In this document: positions 39,712 to 42,658 of the stretch, one piece after another
Position numbering within the stretch: position 1 is the stretch's first letter
How the letters are laid out: every line of letters begins with the position of its first letter
Assembly (NCBI GenBank): GCA_002336035.1
Contig: DDED01000214.1
Location: forward strand, 1 to 42,658
Origin: Cellvibrionales bacterium UBA1963
Lineage (GTDB): Bacteria > Pseudomonadota > Gammaproteobacteria > Pseudomonadales > UBA7434
Reading direction: 5' to 3'
Length of the DNA: 42,658 bases
Notes under the pieces: generated by a model
Told to the model about the DNA's origin: nothing
What the model saw: the letters and a program-made list of their open reading frames with translations, nothing else
The model's database searches: none
Translations under genes and position numbers: made by a program

Positions 39712-41106
39712 TTAAAACACCCTGAATCGTCGCTGCACATGCGCCTGTCTAATTGCAATTGCTGCTTGACGTTGCTCATAGGTGACTCGTGGCATATCAT
39801 TGGGCATGTGTAAGTCAATTTCACTAAACGCTATTTTCTTAGCGAATATTTTTGGCCATTCAGATTGATCTGGGAACGCTGAATAGACCCATCGGTTGGC
39901 AATAAATCCCTTCTCTGTGCCAGTAGTATCCAACCAATTCATCACACCAGGATCTTTATGTGCGATGACCCATCGCTGTATATTATCATCGCCTATATGC
40001 ATCTGAAATAAATTTAAACTGCTCTGATGATTGCTATAATCCAACGATTCACCCCAAAGATTATTGAGGTAACAATTAGAAAACAATGGCGTTTCTACAA
40101 ATTGTGCCTCAATATACAGTGCCTCGTCTGGACCCAATTCAAATATTCCGCCAGCACTGATATTCGTGCTCATGCCTCCCCCAGTCGCATTAGACGGTGC
40201 ATTCGGTTCATTGTAGGCATTAACGGGGAAAAAATAAGCACCGCCATCCGCAGGATAACTTCCGTGACTATTGAGCACTTTGTCATAAAACGTCATCCAA
40301 AATTGCATTTGGCCATCAATAATAGCGCCCATACGATGCAATTTTTCAGCGGCCGAAGACGGATTAAGTGCGTGAGGATGGTCGCCGATATGATCTAATG
40401 CAGTAATCGTTAACTCAATGGGGACCTCTCTTTCCCAGTCAAGAAATATTTGTCGACCACTGAGATAGTCAGCGTATCGATCATCCGCATCTGGGTTTTT
40501 TTTACTGGCAGGTTTTAGGGTGCAAATAAAATCGCCGTTATAACCCTTGGGTCTTTCTGGCCCTAACAGCAGTTCAATTTCACCCTCTTCTGATATTGAT
40601 ATTTCAGAAGAATCCAAGGTACCGAAACTAGTGCGAAATCCTTTGGTTAGTTCTGCTAAGTTGCCAGTATCTCCTGACATGGGTGCAGTAGACGTTTCAA
40701 AAAGCAAATATTGTGCAGCAATAGGACCTGTTTCGGCGCGGTCCTTTCCTTGCCAGTGGCTATAATCCGGCAACGTTGCCGTTACACGATAGCTTTTCCT
40801 GCCATCGATAGCAGCATAAAAGTAAATAGCGTCAGGGTTTTCTATCGTAGACTTATTGTAAACCGACAGGGCGTTACGAAAAGCAGGAAAGTTAGGGTCT
40901 TCATGAAATGATCTTTCGATACCATGGTGAATAAAGCCAGCCAAATATCGGTAGCCCTCAGCTAGCACGCGAGGGGTTGGCGCTGGCGCAAATTTATCAG
41001 GACTGTCAATAACATCACGGGCGCTTTGTAATTGTTCAATGAGTGCATCCCAAGCATTACGCAAATCTGCAGCAGCCTCAGTTGTTGTTTTATTGTCATT
41101 CGTCAT
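39712..41106 (-). CDS. DUF1214-like protein of unknown function
   Basis: AEGYRYL, ENPDAIY, GIFELGPDEALYIE, WGESLDYSNHQSSLN, IAHKDPGVMNWLDTTG; start ATG 41106 after GAGG (open frame to 41160). Confidence 0.7.
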   Translation of the reverse strand: MTNDNKTTTEAAADLRNAWDALIEQLQSARDVIDSPDKFAPAPTPRVLAEGYRYLAGFIHHGIERSFHEDPNFPAFRNALSVYNKSTIENPDAIYFYAAIDGRKSYRVTATLPDYSHWQGKDRAETGPIAAQYLLFETSTAPMSGDTGNLAELTKGFRTSFGTLDSSEISISEEGEIELLLGPERPKGYNGDFICTLKPASKKNPDADDRYADYLSGRQIFLDWEREVPIELTITALDHIGDHPHALNPSSAAEKLHRMGAIIDGQMQFWMTFYDKVLNSHGSYPADGGAYFFPVNAYNEPNAPSNATGGGMSTNISAGGIFELGPDEALYIEAQFVETPLFSNCYLNNLWGESLDYSNHQSSLNLFQMHIGDDNIQRWVIAHKDPGVMNWLDTTGTEKGFIANRWVYSAFPDQSEWPKIFAKKIAFSEIDLHMPNDMPRVTYEQRQAAIAIRQAHVQRRFRVF

Positions 41107-41257
41107 TAAAATTAGCCTCAAAAAAATTAAATGGGGTTTTCTGGTCGATCCTGATGGCAAAATTATTATTTTATTAAATAAAATCGGAGCAGTGACGCAC
41201 CGTTTAATTTAACTACAACCGATTTCAACCAGCTAACTAAGGCAATCGAAAAAAGTG

Positions 41258-41274
41258 ACGTACAGTGTGTACGT
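41258..41274. promoter_or_regulatory. Perfect palindrome ACGTACA-gtg-TGTACGT, candidate operator
   Basis: 7-3-7 inverted repeat in the divergent intergenic region. Confidence 0.45.
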
Positions 41275-41327
41275 GCGATGCCAACAGTCAACCCTAAACC
41301 CAGTTTAATGACTGGCTTTCATTTTTT

Positions 41328-41345
41328 ATGTTACAAATATAACAT
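41328..41345. promoter_or_regulatory. Palindrome ATGTTA-N6-TAACAT, CRP-family-like site
   Basis: Same geometry as TGTGA-N6-TCACA with one symmetric substitution per half-site. Confidence 0.4.
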
Positions 41346-41535
41346 CACTTGATGACCAGTAAGGTTAACGTGCTATCACAATGAATGAATCAAATTGATA
41401 AATTTTTCTATTTGCCTAAAGAAAATGACAGTCACTCATTCAATTGAAGTGTCAGACTCCACAATCGTTAATGCCACTGACCGATAACTGTTCTTGATAT
41501 CGCTATACTACCAATAAAAAAAAGAGGGTCTACTC

Positions 41536-42657
41536 ATGCATATCTTCCCCACAGTCGCCAGTGAACTCACAGCAGACAACCTAACGGCCCTTGTGCAAAC
41601 ATTGCATCCGTTGGTCACTGTTAATGCCTTCTCAATCAATAAAGAATTTGTGTTTGATAATGGAGAAGAAGCCGTTTCTACCGCGGGACGAATAGAAGCC
41701 GAGTTGCAATTTACAGGCGGACCAGCAAATGATTTGCCCACTCAGCTCATCATAAAAGTGTGTCGCCCTGATATCGCACCTAGACCCCTGTACCGAAATG
41801 AAGTCAACTTTTACACCCGCTTACGGCAAGAATTGACGATTGAGACGCCGACCTGCATTGGCGGCATGTTCGATGAGGAAACCGCTAACTTTGGCTTAGC
41901 GCTCGAAGACATGCGTTTACGCGGGGTCACATTTCCCAATGTAAAATCGGATCACGGTGTCGGTCATGTCAAATCAGTTCTCAAATGCCTGGCTGCGTTG
42001 CATGCCTTTTATTGGGATAGCCCGCGCTTTAAACGCGACTTACGCTGGATCGATTCGCACACTAATGGTGAGCTTTATACTTTTTTCAATCATCCCGATA
42101 TTGTCCCTGCTGTGATCCAAGCAGAGGTCGCAGGCGAGCAATTCAAAAAAGAAATGGTTGAACGACTAGACCAAACAACCGACGGCCTGTACCAAGAGAT
42201 GAGGAAAGTACAGCACCATCAGTCGACACTTACCCAAACCTTATGTCACGGCGACACCCATATTGGCAATACGTATACATTGCCTGACGGCAGTGCCGGT
42301 CTTTATGACTGGCAGCTCATGTCACGCGGTTATTTTATGCATGATGTATCCTACATACTCATTACTGGCTTAAGTGTTGCAGAGCGAAGAAAGCATGAAC
42401 ATGAACTGATTAACTATTATCTTGACGAATTGCAGCAACATGGCGTCAATAATGCGCCAACTCAAAATGAAACGTTTACCGAATACCGCCATGCAGCAGC
42501 TTGGTGTCTTTATATTGGCTGGTTAACCACGCCGATTGAAAATTACGGCTGGGACATTACCGTCTGTAACCACATTAGACTCACCACGGCTTATGATGAC
42601 TTAAATAGCAAAGCCGCTATCGCTACTTTGCCAAGCGTTGCCCCGTATACGGATTAG
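41536..42657 (+). CDS. APH/choline-kinase-like phosphotransferase (ecdysteroid-kinase-like/DUF1679 type)
   Basis: LIIK, EVNFY, LEDM, LAALHA, TLCHGDTHIGN, LYDWQ, DVSY motifs. Confidence 0.85.
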   Translation: MHIFPTVASELTADNLTALVQTLHPLVTVNAFSINKEFVFDNGEEAVSTAGRIEAELQFTGGPANDLPTQLIIKVCRPDIAPRPLYRNEVNFYTRLRQELTIETPTCIGGMFDEETANFGLALEDMRLRGVTFPNVKSDHGVGHVKSVLKCLAALHAFYWDSPRFKRDLRWIDSHTNGELYTFFNHPDIVPAVIQAEVAGEQFKKEMVERLDQTTDGLYQEMRKVQHHQSTLTQTLCHGDTHIGNTYTLPDGSAGLYDWQLMSRGYFMHDVSYILITGLSVAERRKHEHELINYYLDELQQHGVNNAPTQNETFTEYRHAAAWCLYIGWLTTPIENYGWDITVCNHIRLTTAYDDLNSKAAIATLPSVAPYTD

Positions 42658-42658
42658 T

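Noticed and set aside
36920-42658. Integrative element or prophage at tRNA-Ile2
   Set aside because: No integrase, transposase or phage gene, and I found no duplicated tRNA 3' end in the window. The region is accessory but mobility is unsupported.

Overview
About 36.9 kb of core chromosome from a gammaproteobacterium, followed by the start of an accessory region. Gene content and order resemble Pseudomonadales/Cellvibrionales; this taxonomy is an inference. The core runs: TonB2-type ttpC(exbB)/DUF3450, thyA-lgt-TauE-ptsP-rppH, HAD phosphatase, RlmI-like methyltransferase, coq7, VOC/OsmC, crp(vfr), trpEGDC, rpe, DUF3530-like, murU-amgK, lptD-surA-pdxA-rsmA-apaG-apaH-cca, folB-tsaD-lipoprotein, rpsU-yqeY-dnaG-rpoD and tRNA-Ile2(CAU). 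After the tRNA come an LLM-class oxidoreductase, a cytochrome P450, a DUF1214-like protein and an ecdysteroid-kinase-like phosphotransferase, with several operator-like motifs between the divergent genes. Signals missed by the ORF track are a 17-aa Trp leader peptide with a candidate attenuator before trpE, a roughly 200-nt nested-helix leader before rpoD, and a terminator whose loop holds a perfect TATAAT upstream of the tRNA. The CCA enzyme has a degenerate HD motif, and about 500 bp between rpe and the trp promoter is unexplained. No integrase, transposase, CRISPR array or defence system was seen. All family calls and RNA pairings were made by eye, without database searches or folding software.
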